From assembly GCA_963786955.1 (NCBI GenBank), contig CAWBAT010000007.1, forward strand, positions 160,001 to 224,000: DNA of 64,000 nt. The letters are read 5' to 3'. The translations under genes were made by a program, and so were the position numbers. This DNA comes from an uncultured Acidimicrobiia bacterium (GTDB lineage: Bacteria; Acidobacteriota; Terriglobia; Versatilivoradales; Versatilivoraceae). Every line of letters starts with the position of its first letter. Position 1 is the stretch's first letter. This document shows, piece after piece, positions 47,281-57,210 of the stretch. Below the pieces are notes generated by a model. The model had not been told where the DNA came from. It saw only the letters and a program-made list of their open reading frames with translations, and did no database searches.

Positions 47281-47739
47281 ATGCAGATCAGTTTTCTCTG
47301 CCAACATTGCTATCGTGAATGCCAGAATGCCCCTGGTAGGGACAAGCCCGTGTTCGTTTGTCCATCCTGTAGGCGCCAGCAAGTCTTGCGCTACACGGAA
47401 GCGGTCACCTCTCGAAATCAAGTGGATAATTGTGCAGTCTGCGGGCGATCCGATCTTTACGTCCGAGATGATGCGCGTAGAATTTGGGGGTTCGTTTCCA
47501 TGTTTGCTGGATTGGCAGCAGCATATTTCACTTATGGGCTGAGCATCGTATTGGGAGCCTTTGGATTCTACTGGTACTCAATTCGTTATCCCAAATTAAC
47601 AATTTGCTATCATTGCTTTGCAAAGTATCGGCAGAGCCGGTTGAATCCACGACATCAGGAATTCGACCTGAATAAGATGGAACAATTTGAGAGCGAACTC
47701 CGCAACGACCGCAGTTCACGAGACTTCAAACTACAGTAA
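47281..47739 (+). CDS. Zinc-ribbon membrane protein with four CxxC motifs
   Basis: CQHC, CPSC, CAVC, hydrophobic hairpin, CYHC. Confidence 0.7.
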   Translation: MQISFLCQHCYRECQNAPGRDKPVFVCPSCRRQQVLRYTEAVTSRNQVDNCAVCGRSDLYVRDDARRIWGFVSMFAGLAAAYFTYGLSIVLGAFGFYWYSIRYPKLTICYHCFAKYRQSRLNPRHQEFDLNKMEQFESELRNDRSSRDFKLQ

Positions 47740-47740
47740 G

Positions 47741-47840
47741 GATGGCTGCGAATGAACGCAAGTAAACATTTTTTTATGAGGGTATTGATGATGCTCCTCG
47801 GATTCCATTTTGCGTGCATTCGCGTTCATTTGTGGCCATC
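47741..47840. repeat. GGCCGCGAATGAACGC-type inverted repeat
   Basis: gatggctgcgaatgaacgc...gcgttcatttgtggccatc. Confidence 0.75.
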
Positions 47841-47854
47841 TAACTATTAATTCT

Positions 47855-48100
47855 ATGTTTACCGATCTCATAGAACTTCTCAGGATCTGTTGGGTTTTTA
47901 GACGACGTCATTGGTACTGTCATCTCCCGTTCTTGCCATTACCCCCCAAAAAATACATGGAGTGGCGAATTGAGACGGCCTATGGAGATAAATCACTCAA
48001 AAATATACGTTGGCGAGACGTCCGAGCCTATGCACACTGGCATCGGGCCATGCGCTTGAAGACTCCAACGCCAGTGGTGAAGACGGATATCTGGGAGTAG
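47855..48100 (+). CDS. Small hypothetical protein (PFLPLP...WRIETAYG motif)
   Basis: RRHWYCHLPFLPLPPKKYMEWRIETAYGD; fills the gap before nadA. Confidence 0.6.
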   Translation: MFTDLIELLRICWVFRRRHWYCHLPFLPLPPKKYMEWRIETAYGDKSLKNIRWRDVRAYAHWHRAMRLKTPTPVVKTDIWE

Positions 48101-48167
48101 TATGTTAGAATCTCTTTAGTGGATGATTGATTCTACAAGGGACCTAAGGATCGGCTCATAAGACTCG

Positions 48168-49235
48168 ATGGAGTTTAACTCAATGCCAACACTCGCAGAA
48201 GTTCAGGAAACCTATCTGGAGATGCAGAAGAAGCTCAAGGACGTGGTTCCCGATTTCGAACTTCGCTATAAGGCGGAACTAGTTTGTGAAATTAATCGTT
48301 TGAAAACAGAACGCGGAGCGGTCATTCTTGGTCACAATTACATGGAACCTGCACTTTACCATACCGTTCCTGATTTCACGGGGGATTCACTCGAATTAAG
48401 CCGGAAGGCGGCCGAAACCCGGAAAGACCCGATTGTTTTTTGTGGCGTTCGATTCATGGCAGAAACAGCCAAGATTCTTAATCCTGAAAAGACCGTCTTG
48501 TTGCCTTCCATGAAGGCTGGGTGTTCCTTGGCAGAGAGCATCACGGCAGAAGACGTTCGTCAACTGAAGAATCGTTTCCCGGGGGTTCCCGTGGTGACCT
48601 ACATCAATACCTATGCCGATGTGAAGGCGGAAAGTGATGTCTGCTGTACTTCTGGGAATGCAGCGGCTGTCGTTGAATCTCTCCATCAGGATACAGTGAT
48701 TTTCCTGCCCGATGAATACCTTGCCAAGAACGTTGCTAAAGAGACCGGCAAACATATTATTTTCCCGACAAACCAACCCATTTCCAAGGAACGGCAGGAC
48801 GAGGCGCTCGATTATACGATGATTGGTTGGCACGGAAAGTGCGAAGTCCATGACAAGTTTACCGTGCAGGATATTGAGCACGTCCGGGAGCAATTTCCTG
48901 ATGTCGTCATCCTGGCTCATCCGGAATGTTCTCCGGAAGTCGTGGCAGCTTCGGATTTTTCAGGTAGCACCTCTGCGATGACCCGATATGTGGAGAACAC
49001 CCAGGCCCCACGTTACCTCCTCCTGACGGAATGCAGTATGGGGGACAACATCGCGGCGGATAATCCGGGCAAAGAGATGCTTCGCCTTTGCAGCGTTCGT
49101 TGCCCCCACATGAACCAAATTACTTTAGAAGATACCTTGAATTCCCTCCGGTATACTCAGTACGTCATCGATGTCCCGCCGGAAATCATTGCCCGCGCCA
49201 GGAAGGCAGTTGAGCGAATGTTGACAATCGGATAA
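48168..49235 (+). CDS. nadA: Quinolinate synthase
   Basis: GHNY, GDSLELS, CGVRFMAETAKILNP, AGCSLA, YINT, CEVH, HPEC, CPHM. Confidence 0.98.
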   Translation: MEFNSMPTLAEVQETYLEMQKKLKDVVPDFELRYKAELVCEINRLKTERGAVILGHNYMEPALYHTVPDFTGDSLELSRKAAETRKDPIVFCGVRFMAETAKILNPEKTVLLPSMKAGCSLAESITAEDVRQLKNRFPGVPVVTYINTYADVKAESDVCCTSGNAAAVVESLHQDTVIFLPDEYLAKNVAKETGKHIIFPTNQPISKERQDEALDYTMIGWHGKCEVHDKFTVQDIEHVREQFPDVVILAHPECSPEVVAASDFSGSTSAMTRYVENTQAPRYLLLTECSMGDNIAADNPGKEMLRLCSVRCPHMNQITLEDTLNSLRYTQYVIDVPPEIIARARKAVERMLTIG

Positions 49236-49256
49236 TCGGAATAAGGTTTCTCAGAT

Positions 49257-50210
49257 ATGGCGAAAATCCTATTGACGGGGGGCGCCGGTTTCATTGGTTC
49301 CCACTTGGCGGAGCGGCTCTTAACGTCGGGGCATCGGCTTCTTGTCGTCGATGATTTCAATGACTTTTACTCCCCGGAAATCAAGCGAAGGAATTTCTCA
49401 TCGATCCGCGCTCTTGGAACCGTTGATCTCATCGAAGCGGATATCTGTAATAGCGACCGGATGACAAGCGCCTTTGAACAGTTTGCCCCGGAAGTCGTCG
49501 TCCATCTGGCAGCGCGAGCCGGTGTTCGCCCTTCGCTCGAACAGCCTCTACTTTATGAGCAGACAAATGTTCGAGGAACACTACTTTTGCTTGAGCTGGC
49601 TAGAAAATTCGGCGCTCAAAAGTTCGTCTTTGCGTCTTCAAGTTCTGTTTATGGATCGACGAGTCGAGTCCCATTCTCAGAAGAGGCTTCGGATCCTTAT
49701 CCGATTTCCCCGTATGGGGTTACGAAATTGGCCGGCGAGAAACTCTGCTACTGCTACTCAAGAATCTACAAACTGCCCACCGTGTGCCTTCGTTTCTTTA
49801 CGGTTTATGGCCCTCGTCAGCGGCCTGATCTCGCGATTTATAAGTTTGTCCGGCTCATAGAGGAAAACCGGGAGATTCCCTTTTTCGGAGATGGAAGCTC
49901 TCTACGAGATTACACATTCATCGATGATATCGTGGATGGCATCGTTAGAGCGATGGCGCTCGACTCACAGTTTGAGGTCATCAACCTGGGGAATTCTCAT
50001 CCGATTTCGCTTTCCCAGTTAATTCATCTTCTCGAGCAGAAACTGGACAAAGCTGCGAGAATCAAGACCCTTCCCTTACAACCGGGTGATATGCTCTCAA
50101 CCCATGCCGACCTGAACAAAGCTTTTAAACTCCTGGGCTTTGAACCGAGAGTTTCATTTGAAGAGGGAATTGGGCGATTTATTAATTGGTTCCGAAACGA
50201 CATTCATTGA
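49257..50210 (+). CDS. NAD-dependent nucleotide-sugar epimerase (UDP-glucuronate 4-epimerase-like)
   Basis: TGGAGFIG, HLAARAGVR, ASSSSVYG, YGVTK, RFFTVYGP.QRPD. Confidence 0.92.
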   Translation: MAKILLTGGAGFIGSHLAERLLTSGHRLLVVDDFNDFYSPEIKRRNFSSIRALGTVDLIEADICNSDRMTSAFEQFAPEVVVHLAARAGVRPSLEQPLLYEQTNVRGTLLLLELARKFGAQKFVFASSSSVYGSTSRVPFSEEASDPYPISPYGVTKLAGEKLCYCYSRIYKLPTVCLRFFTVYGPRQRPDLAIYKFVRLIEENREIPFFGDGSSLRDYTFIDDIVDGIVRAMALDSQFEVINLGNSHPISLSQLIHLLEQKLDKAARIKTLPLQPGDMLSTHADLNKAFKLLGFEPRVSFEEGIGRFINWFRNDIH

Positions 50211-50347
50211 AGCAACCAATCAGTGAAAACTACAGACCGACTGGTCGCTTAACATTCGTGTCGCATCTTTAAGAATATAGACCCCCCGGGAATCCTTAAT
50301 TATTCGTTCCTTCCGGTACGAAGGTGTTTGTTTTATTGGAGGACTTT

Positions 50348-53300
50348 ATGAGAGTAAGAAAGACGTTCCTCGTGGCTTTCATTCTTACGTTGTTCGTAAC
50401 AGTGTGTCTGGCGTTCAGTCGAGTCATTGAAGCGGCCTCTGAACCAGTATGGCAGATTGGGACCTTTAACGAGTCTTCAGGCGAATTCAAGGAGGGTCTT
50501 GGAGCAGATCCGGTTTTTGTTGTAGGAAAAAGCAACCCGGCCCAAGATTGGTTGGCCTATCAGCCGGGCACTTCCAATGGTCTGGCGGGATTTCGACCGC
50601 ATCCTTTTAAGATTCAGTTTGAGTTGCCTCAGGCTCCTAGTGGCCTATATACGCTAAAATTGGAGCTGCTCGCCTATACTGCCCGGCTGCCTTGGCTGGA
50701 GATCATTCTGAATGGACATCGTTCGGTGTTCTACCAGCATCCCAAATTGACCCTCACAGCCGGAGATAATCCTGTTGTGTTCCTGCCTCACTACTCGACT
50801 GCCAATATTACGTTCGACCTTCCGACGCAGTATCTGAAACCAGGCGCCAACGAACTGATATTCACGGCCGTTGACAGTTCGGTTGAGCGTGACGACTCGA
50901 GCGGTGCGGCCGTCGAGGGTACTTCCGGGATTTTTTATGACGCCATTGAACTGACCCGTGACGCTAAACGTCGTTACTCTCCGTCTGAGGTAATGGCTTC
51001 CGCAAACCCAACCATCTTTTACAAGTTAAAAGAGGGACGTTTGATGGAACAGATCGATGTGTTTGTGCGTTTGGGTGATCGTCCCAGGAAGGGACAGGTG
51101 ATTCTGACAATAGGTGAGAATCGCTTGAGTCAAGCGCTTCAAACTGGCCTGGATTTCGGGGAACAGAAAATGCAATTTGAAGTCCCGGAATTCACTTCAG
51201 CCAAGAAGGGGGAAGTCTTGGTTTCGGTGAATGGACGGTCACGGCGTTTCGCTCAAGAGTTGATCCCGGGAAAGAAATGGAATCTGTTTGTGGTTCCCAA
51301 CGAGCATCTAGATGTCGGGTACTCTGACTATCAGCCTAAGGTTGCAGAGATCCAGAGCCGCGCGGTGGACGAGGTCATCGATATGATCCACAAAAACCCC
51401 GATTTTCGGTTTACATTGGACGGTTCCTGGATTGTAGAGCAATTCCTGGCCGGTCGCAGTCCAGATCAGGCGCAGCATTTCTGGAAGCTCATTCAAGAGA
51501 AGAAAATCCTTTTGCCGGCTCAATACGCGAGTATTCTGACGGGATTCCCGACTGTCGAAAACCTGATCCGATCGCTGTATTCCAGTCACCGATATTTTCT
51601 GGAGCATGGGGGTAGTTTTGATCATGCCATTATCACGGATGTTCCATCTTACTCATGGTCCTATGCGTCAGTCCTAGCGGCTGCAGGTCTAAAGTATTTT
51701 ATTGCGGCGAGCGACAACTATCGCGCGCCGATCCTGCTCCACGGTCGTTTGCACGAAAGATCTCCCTTCTGGTGGGAGGGACCGGATGGCGGAAAAATTC
51801 TGATGTGGTATTCTCGGCACTATCACCATATGGCCAGTTTCTTTGGGCTGCCCCCTCAGTTGACGGCGGGGCAAGACAGTCTGCCGAGATTCCTGCAAAT
51901 TTATTCACATCCTGAATACAAGTCCGACGGAGTTCTTATTTTCGGCACCCAGGTGGAAAATACCGATCTTTTCCCTCAACAAGCAGACGTCGTTCAGCAA
52001 TGGAACAAGCTTTACGCTTTTCCGAAGCTCCAATACTCAGGATTTTCGGACGCCATGGCATATATTGCTGGACAGTTCGGCGATGCAATTCCAACGGTAA
52101 AGGGAGACGGAGGCCCTCACTGGGAAGATGGTATCCTCTCGGATGCGTCCGTTACTGCCCGGGCCCGCGAAAACGAGCAGCGCGCGTTGGCTGCGGAAAA
52201 GTTTGCAACCCTCAGCTCTTTTATTAATCCGCGTGTCCGGCCCAATCGTGAGGTTTTAGACAAGGTTTGGGAGAACACCCTCTTGTTTGACGAGCATACC
52301 TGGACGGCTGACCGCGCCACCCGAGATCCGGAGAGTCAGCAGAGTATTCGACAGCACGAGGTCAAGCAGATACGCACTACCGAGGGGAAGCGTCTTCTGG
52401 AAGAAATCATGTTGCGCGCCATGGCAGCAATTGCGGATTTCATTCCCAATCCCAGTGGCACTCTGGTGTTATTCAATTCACTCAGTTGGGAACGAAGAAG
52501 TTTGGTAGAAGTGGATCTCGACAAAGGACGAGAGTTAGTAGATCAGGTGACAAATCAAACGGTCCCGTATGAAGTCCTGTTTACGGGAAAGGGTTTTCGA
52601 AGAGTCCGCTTTCTGGCCTCGGATGTTCCGGCTTTAGGTTATAAGTGCTACACGATGCGTCCCACAACGGAGGAACTAGTAACAACTGCGGCTAGTTCTA
52701 CAACCACTATAGAGAGTCCGTATTATCGAGTCGTGCTGCACCCGGAAAGCGGGGCCGTACAAAGCATCTTTGACAAAGAAGCCGGCCGTGAACTGGTGGA
52801 TAATTCCAGCCCCTACCGATTCAATCAGTACATTTATGTCACGGGGGGAGACGAACTGCCCAACCGGCTGATCCAATACAGTACGGTTACCCCAATCCCC
52901 AAGTTGGAGCCTCATCCAGCAGGAGGGGGACGTCTGGTCTCGGTTACAAAACTTCCGTTTGGCACCGTGGCACGCCTGGAAAGCTCAGGTCTAAACACGC
53001 CGCGTATCGAGACGGAAATCGTGGTGTTTGAAGGAGAAAAGAAGATCCAATTCACAAATCGCGTTCACAAGACAAAGGTTTACACGAAGGAAGGTGTTTA
53101 CTTTGCTTTTCCATTGGCAATGCAGAGCCCGGAGTTTCGCTACGAGATTCAGAATGGCTTTGTGAATCCGGCAAGAGACTTAATGCCTGGCGCCGGACAG
53201 GAATGGTTTACGGTACAGCATTGGGTCTCCGCAACGCAGGATGGATTAACAGCTGCATTGGTTCCTGTAGACGCCCCAGTCGTCAGCCTGGGAGATATTG

Positions 53301-53839
53301 TACGTGGAACCTGGCCAAAGGAATTCGGCCAAAGAAAGGGCACGATTTTTTCTTATATCATGAACAATTATTGGGATACGAATTGGCCTGCCGGGCAGGG
53401 AGGCGAGATACGGTTTCGCTACGTCTTTAGTAGCGGAAAGGGCCTTAACCCGGCAGCGCTAGGCCGGTTGGGCTGGGACGCCATGTCCCCGCTTGAAGTC
53501 AATGAGATCAAGACACAAGATAAGGCCATCAATCCGGCCCGTCCGCTCGAGGCGGCCCGAAGCAGCTTTCTGACTGTAGATCAGCCCAATGTGGTGCTCG
53601 TGACCTGGAAATTTGCCGAAGACGGCCAGGGCTCGGTGCTTCGTTTCCTGGAAGTGGCGGGCCAGCCCGGTGCCGTGAACGTCAAATTACCGTTACTCAA
53701 CGTGCAATCGGCCTGGCGATGTAATGCTGTGGAGGAAAACCAGGAATCCTTGCGGGTTTCGCCACACACATTACAATTTTCGGTCACTCCCCACCAGATC
53801 GTGACGGTTCGAGTGCTAGGAACATCGGCGCTCAAGTAG
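50348..53839 (+). CDS. GH38-like glycoside hydrolase with N-terminal PL4-domain-III-like module
   Basis: Signal peptide; VWQIGTFNESSGEF; EHLDVGY, DVPSYSW, FWWEGPDG, DEHTW, MNNYWDTN. Confidence 0.82.
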   Translation: MRVRKTFLVAFILTLFVTVCLAFSRVIEAASEPVWQIGTFNESSGEFKEGLGADPVFVVGKSNPAQDWLAYQPGTSNGLAGFRPHPFKIQFELPQAPSGLYTLKLELLAYTARLPWLEIILNGHRSVFYQHPKLTLTAGDNPVVFLPHYSTANITFDLPTQYLKPGANELIFTAVDSSVERDDSSGAAVEGTSGIFYDAIELTRDAKRRYSPSEVMASANPTIFYKLKEGRLMEQIDVFVRLGDRPRKGQVILTIGENRLSQALQTGLDFGEQKMQFEVPEFTSAKKGEVLVSVNGRSRRFAQELIPGKKWNLFVVPNEHLDVGYSDYQPKVAEIQSRAVDEVIDMIHKNPDFRFTLDGSWIVEQFLAGRSPDQAQHFWKLIQEKKILLPAQYASILTGFPTVENLIRSLYSSHRYFLEHGGSFDHAIITDVPSYSWSYASVLAAAGLKYFIAASDNYRAPILLHGRLHERSPFWWEGPDGGKILMWYSRHYHHMASFFGLPPQLTAGQDSLPRFLQIYSHPEYKSDGVLIFGTQVENTDLFPQQADVVQQWNKLYAFPKLQYSGFSDAMAYIAGQFGDAIPTVKGDGGPHWEDGILSDASVTARARENEQRALAAEKFATLSSFINPRVRPNREVLDKVWENTLLFDEHTWTADRATRDPESQQSIRQHEVKQIRTTEGKRLLEEIMLRAMAAIADFIPNPSGTLVLFNSLSWERRSLVEVDLDKGRELVDQVTNQTVPYEVLFTGKGFRRVRFLASDVPALGYKCYTMRPTTEELVTTAASSTTTIESPYYRVVLHPESGAVQSIFDKEAGRELVDNSSPYRFNQYIYVTGGDELPNRLIQYSTVTPIPKLEPHPAGGGRLVSVTKLPFGTVARLESSGLNTPRIETEIVVFEGEKKIQFTNRVHKTKVYTKEGVYFAFPLAMQSPEFRYEIQNGFVNPARDLMPGAGQEWFTVQHWVSATQDGLTAALVPVDAPVVSLGDIVRGTWPKEFGQRKGTIFSYIMNNYWDTNWPAGQGGEIRFRYVFSSGKGLNPAALGRLGWDAMSPLEVNEIKTQDKAINPARPLEAARSSFLTVDQPNVVLVTWKFAEDGQGSVLRFLEVAGQPGAVNVKLPLLNVQSAWRCNAVEENQESLRVSPHTLQFSVTPHQIVTVRVLGTSALK

Positions 53840-54005
53840 CAAGTGAGGGGGCTGGTTTGAGGCCAGTCTTCAAGCTTGAAAGATTGCGAGATTTCCCAAC
53901 AAAGTTTCAAAACGGCATCCCTGTAGCCATGGTTGTCCCGCCCTGCCAGTTCGGGTAAAATATCACGTCAAAAATTTGAATAGCAAGTCTTCCTGGAGGA
54001 ACAAC

Positions 54006-54998
54006 ATGGGAGTGGATGTCGACATCAAAGCAATTCATGAACGAGTCAAACTAGAGAGCGCTTTCGTAGAACGCCTGAGACATGAGGTTCAAAAGGTCAT
54101 TGTGGGGCAGGAGTACATGATTGATCGACTGCTCATTGGAATCCTCTCTCAGGGGCATTTGCTTCTGGAAGGCGTGCCGGGCCTAGCGAAGACTTTGACG
54201 GTCAAAACCCTGGCCGCGGCAATTCAGACCGGGTTCCAGCGGATTCAGTTCACTCCGGACTTGCTTCCGGCGGACTTGATTGGAACCATGATCTTTGATC
54301 AAAGGCGTGGAGAATTTACGGCTCACAAAGGACCTATCTTTTCGAACATCATCCTGGCTGATGAAATCAACCGTGCTCCCGCCAAAGTTCAAAGTGCTTT
54401 GCTGGAAGCCATGCAGGAACGCCAGGTGAGTATTGGCAGTACCACCTTTAAGCTCGACGATCTCTTTCTGGTCATGGCGACTGAGAATCCCATCGAGCAG
54501 GAAGGCACTTATCCGTTGCCGGAAGCGCAAGTCGATCGTTTCATGTTGAAATTAATTGTCACCTACCCCAATAGAAAAGAGGAGAAACAGATTCTCGAGC
54601 GGATGACAGACTCGGCTGAGATCACAGTGACGCCTGTCGTCTCCCCCCAGGATATCTTCAATGCCAGAGAAGTCGTGAATCTCGTCTACATGGACGAGAA
54701 GGTGAAGGATTACATCGTGGACCTGGTATTTGCCACGCGCAAGCCCGAAGAGTATCAACTGGACACCAAAGACTTGGTTCAATATGGGGCTTCTCCCCGC
54801 GCGACAATTTTTCTCGCCAAAGCTGCTAAAGCCCATGCGTTTATCTGCGGACATGGGTATGTGACGCCAGACGATGTCAAGTCCATTGGACTCGATGTCT
54901 TACGTCATCGCATCATTCTCACTTATGAAGCGGAAGCAGAGAATGTCACGACTGAGGAAGTAATCCGACGCGTATTTGACAAAGTGGTCGTGCCGTAA
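54006..54998 (+). CDS. moxR: MoxR-family AAA+ ATPase
   Basis: EGVPGLAKT, RIQFTPDLLPAD, DEINRAPAKVQSALLEAMQE, NPIEQEGTYPLPEAQ.DRF, GASPRA. Confidence 0.96.
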   Translation: MGVDVDIKAIHERVKLESAFVERLRHEVQKVIVGQEYMIDRLLIGILSQGHLLLEGVPGLAKTLTVKTLAAAIQTGFQRIQFTPDLLPADLIGTMIFDQRRGEFTAHKGPIFSNIILADEINRAPAKVQSALLEAMQERQVSIGSTTFKLDDLFLVMATENPIEQEGTYPLPEAQVDRFMLKLIVTYPNRKEEKQILERMTDSAEITVTPVVSPQDIFNAREVVNLVYMDEKVKDYIVDLVFATRKPEEYQLDTKDLVQYGASPRATIFLAKAAKAHAFICGHGYVTPDDVKSIGLDVLRHRIILTYEAEAENVTTEEVIRRVFDKVVVP

Positions 54999-55000
54999 AG

Positions 55001-55230
55001 AAAGGAACCAGAGTCAAGGTGCAAGGAGCAGGGACCGATTTTGGGAGTGACGGCATAAAAAGAGGAGCAAGGGTCAAGGAACAAGTGACAAGGGTCAAGT
55101 TGAAAGAAACTCATCTAGGAAGATAGGGTGGAGTGAGCATAGACCTTAAATGTAGACGCGGTGACATGTTCCCACAAAAATCTCCCTTGTCATGCTTTCC
55201 CCTTAGCCCTTAACCCTTTAGTCTTTAAGT
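55001..55230. repeat. Heptamer tracts (CAAGNNN units, then CTTNNNN units) inside the moxR operon
   Basis: CAAGGTG CAAGGAG...CAAGGGT CAAGGAA CAAGTGA CAAGGGT CAAGTTG; CTTTCCC CTTAGCC CTTAACC CTTTAGT CTTTAAG. Confidence 0.7.
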
Positions 55231-55237
55231 TTTTGTC

Positions 55238-56116
55238 ATGATATCCAAAGAAATTCTTCAAAAGGTCAAACACATTGAAATTCGGACCAGCCGGCTTGTC
55301 AATGAAGCGCTGGGCGGAGAGTACCATTCCGTCTTCAAAGGGCGCGGAATGGAGTTTGACGAAGTCCGTGAATACCAGTACGGAGATGACATTCGAAGTA
55401 TCGATTGGAATGTCTCTGCCCGGCAGGGACGTTTTTACGTGAAACGTTATGTGGAAGAACGCGAGCTGACGGTCATGCTCATGGTGGACCTTAGTGCCTC
55501 AAAGGATTTTGGAAGTGTTGCGCGGATGAAGAATGAACTCGCGGCTGAACTGGCGTCCTTGTTAGCATTTTCGGCGATCAAGAATAACGATCGTGTCGGA
55601 GCTCTGATCTTTACGGAGGTAGTGGAAAAATATATTCCGCCGAAAAAAGGTCGCAAACATGTGTTGCGAGTCGTGCGTGAAGTTCTGGCTTACGAACCAG
55701 TAGGCCACAAGACTTCGATTTCTACGGCCGTCAGATACCTCGATAACGTCTTAAGCAAGAAGTCCGTTGTTTTCTTGATTTCTGATTTTTTTGATGAGGG
55801 ATATGAGAAGTCGCTGCGCGTGGCGAATCAGCGCCACGATCTGATTGCCTTCCCGATTAGTGATCCTCGCGAAAGCGCCTTGCCGGATGCGGGCATTCTT
55901 CGATTATTAGACCCAGAGACCGGAGAGATGATTCTCGTCGATACAACTTTACGCGCAGTAAGAGAGAAGTACGAGAAGTTGTGGAAAGAGCAAGTTGAGA
56001 TGCGGAACCGGATTTTTAGAAGAAACCGAATTGAATTTGTTGAGATCACGACTCACAAACCCTATGACATTCCGCTGATTAAATTTTTCCGCCAGCGAGC
56101 GAAACGAATGCGATAG
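55238..56116 (+). CDS. DUF58-family protein
   Basis: GEYHSVFKGRGMEFDEVREY..GDDIRSIDWNV, EEREL, FLISDF. Confidence 0.95.
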   Translation: MISKEILQKVKHIEIRTSRLVNEALGGEYHSVFKGRGMEFDEVREYQYGDDIRSIDWNVSARQGRFYVKRYVEERELTVMLMVDLSASKDFGSVARMKNELAAELASLLAFSAIKNNDRVGALIFTEVVEKYIPPKKGRKHVLRVVREVLAYEPVGHKTSISTAVRYLDNVLSKKSVVFLISDFFDEGYEKSLRVANQRHDLIAFPISDPRESALPDAGILRLLDPETGEMILVDTTLRAVREKYEKLWKEQVEMRNRIFRRNRIEFVEITTHKPYDIPLIKFFRQRAKRMR

Positions 56117-56181
56117 TCGGGGAGCACAATGGTTGGCGGCGATTCATCCTTTTACGTGAACTTCTTGCGATTGGTAGGCCC

Positions 56182-57210
56182 ATGGAGGAGAGCGTTCTGA
56201 TCCGCCCAATGACTCCAGTAGAACGGGTTTGTTCGAGCCCCCTAAAAAGGCGGCTCTTCCGTTGTCTACCACTCATGACGATGTTGATGTCGTTGTTGGG
56301 GAGTTCCATCCCTCTGGCGCAGGAATCAACCGGACACCTGAAAGCCTCTTTAGATGCGACCGAAATCACTATTGGCGACATCGTCACTCTCTCCCTGGTT
56401 GCTCAATATCCATCCTCCGTAAAGGTGGTCTTCCCTCCTGTTGGGAAAATGCTGGGAGAATGGAGCGTCCGGAACGTGAATAATCTCCCTGCGAAGAGTT
56501 TAAGTAATGGCAATCAAGAAGTGGGATTACAGATTCAGCTAGCCATGTACAAAACGGGAGAATTTAGCATTCCGGCAATGGAAGTAGAATTGATCCAAAA
56601 AAGTGGGAAGAGAGAAGTTCTGGGCTCAGAGGCGATCAAAATCAAAGTCGAGTCGGTACTGACCGGGCAGAAGCAAGAGCTCAAGGAGTTAAAAGCGCAG
56701 GCAGAAATCACTCCGGACTACCGCCCTTTTCTCCTTCTCTTGGCGGCACTGGCATCGGCTGCTTTTCTCATTTATTGGTTGCTTAAAGTTTTCAGGAAAC
56801 GGCAGAAGGGCGTGGTGACGGAGGTTCGTGATACCCGGACTCCCGAACAGGTTGCTCGCGACGCCATCCAAGACTTATTAAGCCGGAAGCTTATTGAGCA
56901 GGGTTTATTGAAACAGTTCTATCTGGAACTATCAGAAATTGTGAAACGATTTCTCGGTCAGAAGCTGAATATTCTTTCCCTGGAACGGACCACCGAAGAA
57001 TTTACCCTTGACTTGAGAAAAACTTCTTTGCCGATACCGGATTTCGAGATGATTCGAGAATTCCTAGTCGAATGCGATCTAGTCAAGTTCGCTAAATACC
57101 ATCCCGGCCCGGAAGAGATTCAAAGCGTTCTTGAGCAGGCGATTCAACTGATCGACTCGATGGAGGCTTCACCAAAAGGCGGCGGTCAGGAAATGGAGGT
57201 GACCGCATGA
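56182..57210 (+). CDS. Bat-operon membrane protein (BatD-like N-terminus, DUF4381-like)
   Basis: Signal peptide, ITIGD beta domain, TM segment, FYLELSEI, ERTTEE, DLVKFAK. Confidence 0.75.
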   Translation: MEESVLIRPMTPVERVCSSPLKRRLFRCLPLMTMLMSLLGSSIPLAQESTGHLKASLDATEITIGDIVTLSLVAQYPSSVKVVFPPVGKMLGEWSVRNVNNLPAKSLSNGNQEVGLQIQLAMYKTGEFSIPAMEVELIQKSGKREVLGSEAIKIKVESVLTGQKQELKELKAQAEITPDYRPFLLLLAALASAAFLIYWLLKVFRKRQKGVVTEVRDTRTPEQVARDAIQDLLSRKLIEQGLLKQFYLELSEIVKRFLGQKLNILSLERTTEEFTLDLRKTSLPIPDFEMIREFLVECDLVKFAKYHPGPEEIQSVLEQAIQLIDSMEASPKGGGQEMEVTA

